Shown one piece after another: positions 25,801-38,630 of a stretch of 64,000 nt of DNA. Made by a program: the position numbers and the translations under genes. The notes under the pieces are model-generated. The model was not told the DNA's origin. It made no database searches and saw nothing but the letters and a program-made list of their open reading frames with translations. Positions within the stretch are counted from its first letter, which is position 1; each line of letters begins with the position of its first letter. Source of the stretch: Bugula neritina (lineage: Eukaryota; Animalia; Bryozoa); assembly GCA_964035545.1 (NCBI GenBank), contig OZ037765.1, positions 19,840,995 through 19,904,994 of the forward strand. Reading direction: 5' to 3'.

Positions 25801-28800
25801 TTTTAATTTTTCTTTTTAATTCATATAAACAAGTATGAAAATTCTAAAAGGTTTTTAACTTGCTTTTGCTATTTTCTTTATTTTTGTTCTTGATTGAAAT
25901 TATGTATCTAACTTTTTGACACGCAGTCTTATTTTCTCATTAGAATAATTTCACAAACTTACACCTTAATTTCTAAGCTGCTTAAATATTTGTCATTCAA
26001 GATGGCTGTCAGATCCAAAATGGATGAGAATTTAGCCCGAAAAGTTTCCAAGAAGCAGACTGCCAATCCGATGAATCCCTTTGCAAATATGGAGGCTAAT
26101 CAGGAAGATGAGGAGGTAGCAACTCCAAACTCTTGTGTTCACAATTTTTCTGCTCGCATTCACCTTTTTATATACTTTTTTGATTACTCATAAAAATAGA
26201 TTTACAGTACTTTTTAACTGTTGCTATAATTAAGTTAGAGCGGTTGAATACAAACTTTATGTTTTGCCAAACTTTCTCTCTGTTGACAAATTTATTGAGA
26301 TTCTGAAACTATTATTTTGTGCACTTTAGGCCCCGAGTCCACAAGACTTGGTTGATTTTTCTGCTGTTTACAGATGTCTGCATATCAACACTGTTCTGGT
26401 GAGTTGAATTTTTTAGCCTTTGATTTTAGCAATATGCAAAGCTGTGATGGACTTGAAGTATATTTTAGCCTGTGGTTTCATGTTCAATATATTGCTAGGA
26501 AGTAGCAAATATTTGAAGCCAGCTTTAATAACCTACCAAAATTTAAATCAGTGAAATCAATGTTAGACAATACTAGCTCTCTTAGTTAATGCAACAAATT
26601 TCTGTTTTATTTTTATTTATTTTTTATATTTAGTTGTAAAACATATAAAATCCATGAGTTTTTTTTGTGTTGAAAAAGCTGAAATAGGCAATGTTGAAAT
26701 ATATTTACACAAGGTTCTTCTTATTGAACCAAGCTCTCTGCCAAACTAATGGTCTGCATTGTTTTATTCCAGTTGATGTGATAATACTATTATACAAAAA
26801 TAAGAGTATGCATTTGGTTTCACAGGGTGCTAGGGACCAGTTTGAGTCGTACTACAGGAAGCAGAGGCGACACCAGTGTAGACTCGTGCTTGACCCTCCA
26901 GCTAACATGGGGGAAAATCTTAACGGTTACAAGACATACTTCCACAATATTATAGGGTGAGTCATGCATGGTAATATATAATAATATAGATGACCTATTA
27001 TAGAATAATTGCGGCTAGCAGAATTTGGATATCATCTTCAACTCAGTCAGTCTATAATATAGGTTAAAAGCATTGTTTATTCCACTTTCAAATTGATTAA
27101 TTTATCACAAAACATTTGGACAGACCTTTAATAACATATTCGCAGCATATAATTTGTTACAGCCAATGTTTTTGCACACATTTTGCACGATACTTTTCGT
27201 TTGTATTTATTTTGTATCTACATTTTTGTGAATTTTCTTGTCTTTAAAACTTGTTATATGCATACATTACATGTAATAAATATACTTTTGTAGATTCTTT
27301 GTTTGCGAAGAGCACATATTGAACACGTCTGGCCTGGTCACTAGGAACTACATAGATGAGTTGTGGGACTTGGCTGTACAGAAGATTGTGGGACAACTGA
27401 AAACATACTCAGCCTATTGCACTGATGCATCACTCAACTTGAGCATCAAAAATACAATTGTACTGTTCTGTCATACCATGAAGGTGTGTTTTCTATGTCT
27501 ATTCTGCTATTAGTGTTAACTTTACTTAGGTTACTGTTACGTATAATTATGTTTTGTAGATTATAGTTTGTTGAACTGTAATATCTTTATTATAGTCTTC
27601 AATAAGGATGCAATGCTATATAACTATCAGGCATATTATTTTCAATGTTCCCATTACTGTCTAGCCTAACAGTAATAAATATTAGTTATAAATAAATAAA
27701 TTCTCGTTCACGGTTTAGTTGTCAAAAAGCATATTAGATTATTTTAAAATTAAATTAACTAGATGTATTTTTTGTAGCTTCAAAGCAAACTGTAATAGAC
27801 ACTTATATTTTGAATACTTTTCATTATTCTTTCAATAAATGATAGTAAATATTTGCACTTGTATCCACGATGGTTCTGCTGCAGGGCTATGGGTTTACAG
27901 TGAGCACCTTCTATGACCTGCTGTTGGAGGTCAGAGATCAGTACACAGAGATACTCATGTTGAAGTGGGTTCACGTCTTCCAGAAGATCTTCGAGGAGGA
28001 CGACTACACGGCTATACTAGTGAGAGACGAGGAAGAATACTATTACATCGTATCCAAGTTTCCTTACATCAATGAGAAGTTAGAGAAGGTTAGCGGATGT
28101 TTAGCATCATTTTATTTTTTCATTTGAATTGTGGCTTTTTGACAGCTCTGTTGATTTTTTGATCATATAGTTGAACCATATTTAACTCAGCAGTTTAATA
28201 AGATATATATTGTTTTATTGTATTATTTTATTTTGCTTGTTGCCAAAATTTGTTGAGTGTAATCATCATGCGTGATTATATTATGAATTTTTATTGTATT
28301 CTCAAGCTTCTTGCACTAACTGTTGGTATATGCTTTGTTTTTTTTACAGGCAAAGTTTCCAAAAAGGTTTCCTTTTTCACAGATGGTTCCCAAAGTCTAT
28401 GGTCAATGTAGACAGTATATCTACGCCTGTCTCAAGTTTTGTGAAGGTTAGGGACATGTCCAGTGTTCATTGCCGTGCCTATTTTTTTGTCCTTTCCCCA
28501 AAGATGAAGTGGAAATAAAATATTATCTAATACTTGTCGTATAGTTTAGTCAGTTGGCAAGTTACCCAATTGTTTTCTCTGCAGCAACTATCACAGTTTA
28601 TTGAACCTCAATTTTTTAAACTAACATTTTTCAGACTGTACAGTTCTTCTAAATGATAAATTTTTACTTTGATTCATTTGAAGTTGTTTCCTTTATTTTT
28701 ACCATGCATTGCAATATGCTAAGTTTAAAATGGTTTTTGAAATTCTTTGCAAAATTATGAAATGGAATGGTAATGGGTGGTTATACTGATGTCCCATCTA

Positions 28801-31800
28801 GACTAAGTATTATACATGTGCTAGTAGACTATATTAACTTGTTACGTTTTGTAATGTGTTTCACAGGACTCCATCTAAGTCATACTGAAATAGACGACAT
28901 GATACGACGCGCTACGAATGTTCTGCTCACTCGCACTCTCAGTGGTTCCGTGTCGGTCCTGCTGCAGCAGCCAAACCTCTCCTTGCTGCAGCTCATACAG
29001 ATAGCAGTCAATATGAACTACCTGGAGAAGTCATGTGACTATCTTGAGGAGTTCATATCCAACACTACTGGGTCTGTCCTCCATATTTACTCCCATAAGA
29101 TGCATATATCTAAAGTTGTTTTACCTTATTGATAGTGTGCTCTACGTGAATGTGTTAGCCTTAATACCTTAGCTGTAGTACCTTGCAATTGCAAGTGCAG
29201 ATAACTTTCCATTAAGATAACCCACTGGAGTCCCGGTACTGCTAGATCTCACTAATATTGTCATTAAATTTCCTATCTGTTAATAGTTACAATCTTGGTG
29301 AGAGCTATTTTGGCATTAGGTTTTTTACTCTGCCTTGAGTTATGCTTTCAACACGGCTTAAGGATTTGAAAGTACTGCATGAGCAATTGTGATCAGCTGA
29401 CCTCAGCATCACCAATGACCTTCATGAGATTTATCCTTTCATTCCAACATAGTTTTAGGTTGCAGCCTGAAATAAGTAGTATTTTTTCACTCTAGGATTG
29501 TTTGTTGTTTAGGATTTGGCTGCTCTTGTCTCTTATCTAGTACTAGGAATTATTTTGGCTAATTTGTTCTGTTACTAAAAGGGTTAAATTTATGGACATG
29601 CTATAGTACTTTTCCATGTGTATTAACTTCTTGTGGGGTTTACAGGGCTGAAAAGGACAGTGTACATGCATCTCGCCTCCGTGGAACAGCCATGTTTAAA
29701 GATGCCAGAAATGATGCCGAAGAAAGAATATATAGTCAAATCAATGAAAAAGTGGATGATTTCTTTGAAATAGGTAAGTGCAGGACGCATCTAACTTTAG
29801 AACATAAGTTTTTTTTACAATACTTTCAACATCATTGGCTGGCTAACTAGTCTTTGCAAGCAAAATATGTTGACACCTGTCATTTCTGTGCAGGTGTTTG
29901 TGCTGTGACATGTTTCACCACAATAACTGCGGTTCATCAAAACACTCCTATGTGTAAACTATGAAAGTACTGCTCATTCAGTGTGTATAATATATACTGT
30001 CACTTACAGTAAATCAAATGTTTCTTTACACAGCTGAGTATGAATGGAACAGGCCAGAATCTACAGGCATGGCTAGTGGCTATGTCACAGATCTAATTGC
30101 CTTCCTTCGCTCAACATTTCAAAGTTTTTCCCACCTCCCTGTGAGTACTTCATCTCTATGCATCAATGATTAATTTTATTAAAATTCGAACTTGAAGGCA
30201 ATAATATTGTAATATAATTTTGAAGTTGTTCTCTCTTTTCCATTTAATATAGTCATTCTGCAGCAATACTTGTAATCTATTTTTCTTACTCATTAAGCTA
30301 AAATTATAAAACTGTTGCAGAAAATTTGGTTAATGATTCAAATATGAAGTAGCGATTTTAGAAGTTTAAAAATAACTAGTGCCAAACTTCTTGAATTTGA
30401 ACAATCTCTTTCAATTACCATGACCTCTTATGGCTTGCAGTAGATCTCATTGCCAACCAACTTTAGTGGTTAACTAATATGCTTAACAACTGTTAACAGT
30501 ATTTCAATTTCATCAGATTTTGCACCTTTTATTTGAATTTGACAATTGAGTTGGGTTTGTAGTGATCTATGCATTTGATGGGTACTACTAATATGCTATG
30601 CTCAGTGAATAGTAGTTATCTTACCTTTACTTATTATATTATTTAGTATAAACTGGCCCAGACTGCTTGCATGTCAGTGTGCAAGCACATTGCCGACACT
30701 CTGAAGGCACAGCTACTAGATGACAATGTCAAGCAGGTGTCTGTTGGTTCTCTTCAACAGTTGAACCTTGACCTTGTGCAATGTGAAAGTAAGTTTCTAA
30801 CTAAATCATGCTGCCTTGCTTTATCTGCAAGTTGACAAATTAAAGTAGTTAACTTTTATTTCAATTTATAGGTTTGCTCTTTTAGAATAGATTTCAGGCA
30901 TTAGAAAAATAATTTATTTACTTTATATATTGTTCTAAGTATAGAATATTATTAGAAAATATTGCATGTTTTGTTGCACCAAAAATTCTATAAATTTGCA
31001 GCCTCAGCTTATGTTTGCATGATAATATTTTGGATATGAAGGAAAATGGGACATTATATAATACTGATATCTATTTTAGTGTTTGCTAGTTCTGAGCCTG
31101 TCCCTGGAATGAATGATGGAACTTTGCAGTTAGCATTTGTAGAGATGAGACAACTCTTAGACTTAGTTATATATGGAGACTGGTCATCATATATAGCGGA
31201 TTATGGCACAGAAAGGAACAAATATGCTCGGGTACAACCGCAGACGGTGCTTGCCATTCTTGATAAGTACGTTACTCGAAATTATAGGCGTGATTGTTTA
31301 ATAGACCCTTTTCAGAGGTCCTCGATATCCCCTTTACAATAAAGAGTTGTGTCCTCCCCAAGTGAATAGGTTGAACCTTTGTATAAAGAGCAAATTCATT
31401 AAAAATTTAAAGTTTGGCTGCTACTTAAAATTCTAACTATGCTATAGAATTGTTCTTTTAGGAGATTGATATTTTAGTTTAAGCACACATATTAGCAGTT
31501 CAAAAAACAATTTGAAAAATATTTCTTCATGAAATATTTTGAAGAAAATAAACTTGAAAACATTTTTGTGTTTTTGGTTACTGAGCAATGCTGAAGTGGC
31601 ACTTCAGCATTGCTCAGTAACCAAAACCACAAAAATGTGTTCAAGTTTATTTTCTTCAACAATTTTTATTTTGAGAGGACACAACTCTTAACTGTAGGGG
31701 AATCTTGGGAACCTCTGAAAAGGGTCTATTATACTACAACAATATCAGAAAGTAGAGTGTCTAATGTTAGAGGGGTATGCAGTAGTTATACTATTACTAC

Positions 31801-32076
31801 AAAGGAAAATATTTTATGATGGTGACAATGAAGCTTTACATTTAATAGATTATAAAATGGATGACTTGTTTTAATAAATTTTCATTGATCACGATGTAAT
31901 AGGTTGCCATAGCGAATTGCATGTTTAATATACTTGCTGTTTACTGTAGAATGAAAGCCAGTGGACGTAAGCTCAATAATTTCCTAGATTCATTCTCTCG
32001 TTCCAAGAAACCTGAAAAGGACAAGCAGCAGCTACTAGAGACTGTAATGAAACGAATCAAGGCACTCAATCCGTAG
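22808..32076 (+). CDS. EXOC6: Exocyst complex component 6 (Sec15), ~793 aa
   Basis: 17 exons: 22808-22932, 23160-23325, 23927-24065, 24990-25035, 25546-25750, 26002-26115, 26330-26398, 26826-26956, 27294-27483, 27885-28088, 28350-28446, 28867-29071, 29646-29773, 30034-30140, 30647-30788, 31080-31266, 31950-32076. Sec15 motifs DKEIEKMC..HYQGF, YYPALKTLEQLEHTYLP, DLVDFSAVYRCLHI, FESYYRKQR, LHLSHTEIDDMIRRATN, LRQLLDL-like MRQLLDL. Confidence 0.96.
31301..31729. mobile_element. MITE family A, copy 1 (last EXOC6 intron)
   Basis: TIRs ATAGACCCTTTTCAGAGG...CCTCTGAAAAGGGTCTAT, TA on both sides; internal hairpin with ~60 bp arms at 31539-31659; second copy at 36691. Confidence 0.85.
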
Positions 32077-32287
32077 TGACAGCTAGTGCATTATATTCCT
32101 TAATTTATAGAAAGCATTTGATGTATGCGGACACCTTAGCTATAGTCTCCCGAAATAATACTATATGTTATATCATGTATATTTTTCTACCATTAAAATA
32201 TTTATGTTTTTATAAATAATTTCATTTCACTATTGCACTTTTCCTGAAAGGAATAACTTCATTTTGTTATTCACATTTTATGCTACT

Positions 32288-32293
32288 AATAAA
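32288..32293 (+). promoter_or_regulatory. Candidate EXOC6 polyadenylation signal
   Basis: AATAAA ~210 bp after the stop; weak evidence in AT-rich DNA (an ATTAAA also lies at 32192). Confidence 0.35.
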
Positions 32294-32881
32294 CAAGAAC
32301 AAAACAAATGGTAAAATAGAGGATGTTTAAACTACTAATAATATGTTTTCTTATTTAAAGTTTTATTGATAGTTTTTAATTGGTAAGCAATTGGATCTAT
32401 TGACAATTCGTAGCATACAATATAATGCAGTTATGTTCTATGATTTGATGATAACTTGATGGCAGCAATAGTTGATCAATCAGTTTTATTAGTAAAATTA
32501 TGTGTGACTTTTCCTTGGTTATGGATAAGTAATGCGTTATAGATGGTAAATAGTAGTCATACTGAATATTATCAGTGCCCCCTCTGAGCTAGTATCTCCA
32601 CTCTCTTGCAGCTGGCAACTATTATCTTAATGTTTTACCTAAATGGAACTCGCCAATATTTGCTCGACTATTATGACGTTCGCATCAGCTGTTTACCGTT
32701 GATAACTCTACCTTATCATTTGTATTGCAAATAACGTGTTGCCAAGCGCAGATTCTTATTGCAGAGATTATGTAGCAGTGCACTGACAGTCTCAAAGGTG
32801 AAAAATGCAGGTCTCTGCGTGACTTGCTTCGTTATATTTATTTTGAATTTTGTCTTGTGACTTTCTAGTTTTTCTGCATCT

Positions 32882-35766
32882 ATGTCGGGTATTACAACTC
32901 CTGAAACTTTCTCTAATCCAGAGTGTGTTATTACATTACAACAACAAATACATTTAAGTAATGGTTTCAACACCACAAGTATGTATTATTAGCTACATAT
33001 TCTATTATTCAAGTAGTTTTATTTTTATTAATATTATTCTTTGCTATAGCAGCTATTAAATCTGATCTTTGTTTGCAGCAAACTAAACATTGCAATTTTG
33101 TAGCTTACAAAACTTTTGTTCACTAGTAAAGGTCTAAACCTTAAGGAAATTCTGTAATAAATTTGGAATATATTAATGTAAGACAATGTTAATAAGCTAA
33201 CATATTTTTATATACATCTTGATGTATGCTGATCTATTTTTCTGCAATATTGAATACTGATTGAATATTGAATATTGAATATTGCAGAACTTACGTATAA
33301 GAATTATGGCCCACTGCCAACATCTGAAGAAATCAAATTAACTCTTCTAGTTCTGTTGTCATTGATTTTATTGGCTGGAATCTTCTTCAATATTCTTGCT
33401 ACCATCTGGATAGTGAAAGGGAAAACTAAAAGGGCAAGGTTCGTGTGCATCATATTTGCATTATAGTAGTTAATGCACCAGCATCTACTTGAAATTTTAC
33501 CCAACACAAATCATGATGTTTAAATCTTTGGACGGTTTCTTGAAAATTTCTTTTTGAGCAAAATTGTTGGAGTTGTATACTTTTTAATGTTGCTTAAACC
33601 AATTTTGCAAGACACTCACAGCTTGCTATATAAGATTACTCTGGTTGACAAAATGTTATGAGTGATAATAACATCTAAGTTTTAATTTGGGCTTAGATGA
33701 ATGAGAAGACAGATGCTTGTTGATATTTAAACAATATCGCAATGGTCTATTAGAGCTAAAGTCATTTTAGTTGAAGCCTTATATAACATTAATTATTAAA
33801 TGTTTTGTAATGCTTTGCACTCTAAAAGTGTATTTGCAGCACAAATAACCTTTGCTAGAGTACTTTATTCTCAGTTGTATCATGCTTATATTATGTTACT
33901 ATAATGATCTTTCTATGTGATGCTTGTGTTTCAGTGTAGACCTGTACATGGTTTCCCTCAGCATTGCCGATTTGGTGACAGTCTTAACCAGAGTTCCGTT
34001 CCAAATAACTTTAGTATTCATAGACTACAATCTCAACGTATTTCAAGAATCTCAGTCTCAAACATTATGCAAAGCTGGGGCGTACGTGCACACAGCCACA
34101 ATATTTATCAGTCTGCTCACTTTAGATATCATAGCAATTGACAGGTAAATTCATATTAGTTGTACATAATAAATAATATGCAACTTAATTACTACAAGAC
34201 CTATAGTATATATGTCCAGCAATAGCTCACTTTGAATGTCTGCATGTCAACATAATACATGGGTATATACTATATACAGTGCTACAATTCTATATGAAAT
34301 TTAAAAATACTTTTCATTATTGTATTTTACTTATAAAGTTTCTTGCACACGTCAACAAATTGCAAAGAAATTTGTTTAGAAACAGCAACAGAAAAATTTG
34401 AAAAACTCAAGCTTTTAATTCGAGATTTAGGTTTGTGACACAATTTGAAGTTCTCACAAAAAACATAATTTCTCTTGCTACATTTCTTATCTAGAACAAG
34501 GCTTTTCTCTATTTCTCTAATACTGCACCTTCAACTAATTATATGTGAGCTATTGTATGTATAAAATTAATAATAGTAGAGCCTATGAGACTCATCTTTG
34601 AACTGAGCCGAGAAATGGCAGTAATGCTTCTGTAATAAGAAAAAAATATAATTGTTGCAAATTGATTTCTTACAGATATATCGCAGTCTGTCATCCTATG
34701 TTCCATTATAAACTGAAGGGCAAGAGAACTAGATTGACCTGTGTTATCACAATTATAACCACATGGCTCGCTGGACTGCTATTAAGTATTAAAGATATTT
34801 TCGACAACCGCTTATCTCTTTCTCTAGATGACATTGAGGACTATACATTGTATGGTTATTCAAATCAACTGGAGCTGCTGTCAGAAGTAAGAAATACATC
34901 AATGCACCATAAATAAAGTGTTGAAAGTGAAAACATTATTCCTACATATAGCTGCATGTAATATTTATCTGTATAAATCTTCTTTGTATAGGTTATCTTT
35001 ATAATACTTTAAAATAGTTTATAACAATTTTATGCATACTCAGCTTATCCTACTTATCAAAAAGTGAAACAATTGGTTGGAAAAAAGTTATTTCATTTAA
35101 TTGATTGATCATCTTTATACTATTCCAGTTTATTATATTACACAATGATCTCTATATGTATGATATATAATTTGTAGGAAATCATGTATGTACCCGATCT
35201 GGATTACTATAAGAAACATGACCAGCTCATACCCGGGGTGAAGACTTTGAAGGATGGCTGCGAAGTACTTCGATTTTTCCGTGAATGCACACATACAGCT
35301 ACAGATGAAAGATTTTCGACTACTGTACTGTTTGTGCTGATATACATCATACCCCAAGCTGTGTTAGGGTTCTGCTACATCAGAATCTGTTATTGGTATG
35401 TTGAGTAAAACTACCGCATGAGGACTTTTTTGTTATAGCCTCTGCTGGTTATGAACGTTTTTTGTATATTAATTATCCTTAAAGCTTTATTACTTGGCTG
35501 AAAAGTGAAAAGTACTGACATGAATTATCATAAAGGATATGAACTGGTAGCCATCTTTTAGATAAATATCTGCAATACTGTAATTAGCATAGGTTTCAGT
35601 AATTGGCTTTACATTTGGGAATAGAGCTCTGTTTTATGGTGAGACAACTTCTTATGCTGCAAATGTTTGCTGAGCTTGATGTGGTTCAAAAAAATGTGAA
35701 ATTCTACTTTTTGGTCAATTAATTTGCTAAACCTTTTTTATCGTTTTACGTACAAAAATTAACTTA

Positions 35767-35797
<31 letters not shown>

Positions 35798-38053
35798 CAT
35801 ATAAACAATATTTCTACTGTTTTGTTTTGTTACAGCTTATGGATCAGGAAAAAAGTAGGACTGTTAATTCTGCACCATTCAAACCAATCAACTGCTCCAC
35901 CTCACACTGTCAAAAAGAAAACTGTTATAATATTGATAGTAATGGTGACAGCTTTTGGGTGAGTCAAGTAATAGTTAAACAATTGCGAGTGTTAATGAGA
36001 TAACAGTAATAGTAACAATATTAGTGGCAGTAACAGTAGTAGAAACAGTGTTGTTAACAGTGACCATAACAGTAACAATAGTAGCATCAGTAGTGATAAC
36101 AGTAACAGTAGTATAGTAGCAGTAACATTAGTACCTGTAATCTTCTGACAGTACTGTGCCAGTAAAAAGGCTGGGTACTTTAGCAACAGATGTATTTGTA
36201 GTCCTTAAAGTACGCCAGCTATTACATTTGGTGTAAGTATGCCAGATGCAAAATTCTGACCAGCTTGTAATGCTTCATGCAGACTGTACCTGTGTTAATT
36301 ATTTCAAGATTTTCTATTTCTAATTTATTGTAAAGTTGATATTAGTTGCAGTCTTGCATAATTCACCAACTGTACAAGCAGCAGAAAACTCCTTGTAACC
36401 CTGCTATTTTATGTCAAGCTTGATAGAAACTAATACGCTCTCATCCATACGCTTGAGTCTTAATATATTCTCTTTAAAGAACCTTTTCTTCTTGAACTTG
36501 GCTTTAGCTTTCAAATGAATACCAGTGTGTTAATTCCTGACTTGAGAAGATTGTGAAATAGTATTGCAAAATTGATAAAAAAACTGTGATAATTGCTTTG
36601 CTTCAATTTTTTCAACATATTTATAAATTCACTGATCATCTAACCTCTTTTGGTATAATCGCTTTCTTCAAGGCAAGCCTTGCAAAGATAATAAACCCTT
36701 TTCTGAGGTCCCCGATATCCCCTTTACAACTTAGAATTGTGTCCTCCCATAGTGAATAGGTTGAACCTTTGTATAAAGAGCAAACTCACTAAAAAATTAA
36801 AGTTTGGCTGCTACTTAAAATTCTAACTATGCTATAGAATTGTTCTTTTAAGAGATGCATATTTTGGTGTAAGCGCACGTATTAGCAGTTCAAAAAAGAA
36901 TTTAAAAATATTTTTTCATGAAATATTTTGAAGAAAATAAACTTGAACACATTTTTGTGGTTTTGGTTACTGAGCAATGCTGAAGTGGCACTTCAGTATT
37001 GCTCAGTAACCAAAACCACAAAAATGCATTCATGTTTATTTTGTACAATTTTCATTTTGGGAGGACACAACTCCTAATTGTAAGGAGGATATTGAGGACC
37101 TCTAAAACGTCTATTCAACATGTATCATGGCATGTTGAAAAAATACATGCAGAAATTTCCAAATTTTCACTGAATAAAATAATTATTTTGCCAACAGAGC
37201 GCTCTGGCTACCATATTGGTGTGTAAAAATGTACGAGACATATAATACCACCCCATTAGACAAGCCTCGGAAGTTTGATGGTTTAGACATGGCAGTCACT
37301 TTGCTTACATACTTCACTCTTATATCCTCACCTCTTATCTACTTGTTTATGGACAGGTAGGTCTGCTAGCACTAGGTTATTATGTAACTGTGTATATACA
37401 TTCTGGGCTAGATTACCCAAATAATAAATGCATGCATTTAGAAAGATATATAAAAATATGCTGTTACACAAATTGTTAACAGTACTTCATGTAAACGCTG
37501 AAAGATCTAAGCCTTTACAAGTTGCTGCATTGCTAGTAATATAAAATTCACATCATTTTATAAAAGTTTAACAATGATTTGAAAGATAAAATACACTTTC
37601 CATCACAATTCTAACTGAATAATAGGCCTATAGACCGCAGGTCAAGTTGTGATAGAACTTGAGTTCAACTTTTAACAATGAAGTAAATCTCAGATTTATG
37701 TAGCTTTAATGATACTAAACATGCAATAGTGACTGTATATATAAACTAATGTCAACTATTTTATTTTGTAAACTCTCTATTGTGGTGAGTTTAATGTTGG
37801 ATATTTTTATACTTTTCATATAAAAATGTTTATAGTTAAAATATTCTTTTCCAAGTTTAAACATGACATTAAAAATGTATATAGTTGAGACTTGTATACA
37901 AGGATTCCATATTTCATTGTGCAATTATATTACATGTGCGTATTAATGATACCATAATTATATAATTTTATTTGTAGAGATTTTCAAAAGAAATTAAAGA
38001 ATTTTTGCAAACAACACAGCAAAGATAAGGTAGTACCAGATGGGAAATTTTAG
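32882..38053 (+). CDS. Class A (rhodopsin-like) GPCR, divergent neuropeptide-receptor type, ~414 aa
   Basis: Exons 32882-32978, 33288-33438, 33935-34144, 34676-34886, 35178-35395, 35836-35958, 37198-37356, 37978-38053, in phase. TM2 LSIADL, TM3 LCK...IAIDRYIAVCHP, TM4 W, TM5 YIIP..LGFCYIRI..LW, TM6 WLPY, TM7 SPLIY, helix 8 RDFQKKL, N-terminal NTT sequon. Start exon less certain. Confidence 0.85.
34380..34530. mobile_element. MITE family C, degenerate copy (GPCR intron)
   Basis: 3' end ATCTAGAACAAGGCTTTTCTCTATTTCTCTAATACTGCACC matches the family terminus; 5' end decayed. Confidence 0.55.
35768..35802. repeat. (TA)n microsatellite
   Basis: Directly visible. Confidence 0.85.
35995..36135. repeat. 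Degenerate (AGT/AAC)-type low-complexity repeat
   Basis: Runs of TAACAG/TAGTAG; source of the poly-Leu ORF 35992-36186. Confidence 0.7.
36691..37114. mobile_element. MITE family A, copy 2 (GPCR intron)
   Basis: Colinear and highly similar to 31301-31729 over its full length, same orientation; termini slightly decayed. Confidence 0.85.
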
Positions 38054-38630
38054 AATGTTGCAGCTTCCCGAAAAAGCGCAACTGCTAATAAAAAAAGACA
38101 CTGCTATTTTTCATGTGTATTTACATGGTGAATTTGTATAAATATAAATGAAGTATTAAGTACACTAGCCAATGTGTCATGATGCATAAAATTTTAAAAA
38201 TGTAAGTACAAATATGATAATAATAATCTACAGAAATTTTTCCAACTAAATAGATGCATAGCCCACCTAACTGCTTTGATTCTACATTAATTATATAAAA
38301 CCGAATAGGCATTATGGCAATTCTAGTTATTAATTATAATGGTAATATCATTAAAATTTTATCAGTTTAAAGTCAGCTCAAGTGAAATTGACTTATGCAC
38401 AACAACCAAGGTAAATAGAAAACATTACCTGCATACTTACAGCACCGGTAATAACTACTTGCACAAAAATTAAAGAACCATTAAAACTCTAGAAAAAATT
38501 AAATATAATTTCCAAAATAGATCACATTTCCTTCAATATGATTTCTCAGACACAATATTATTACCAACGCAAGCCCGTGGTTGCTTAGCATAAGGTAGGA
38601 AAGTTGGAAAACAGAGCTGGAGGTGAGAGA

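Noticed and set aside
31610-31819. Similar ORFs MLSNQNHKN... at 31610 and 36999
   Set aside because: Similarity comes from the two MITE A copies; TTG starts, no transposase motifs.
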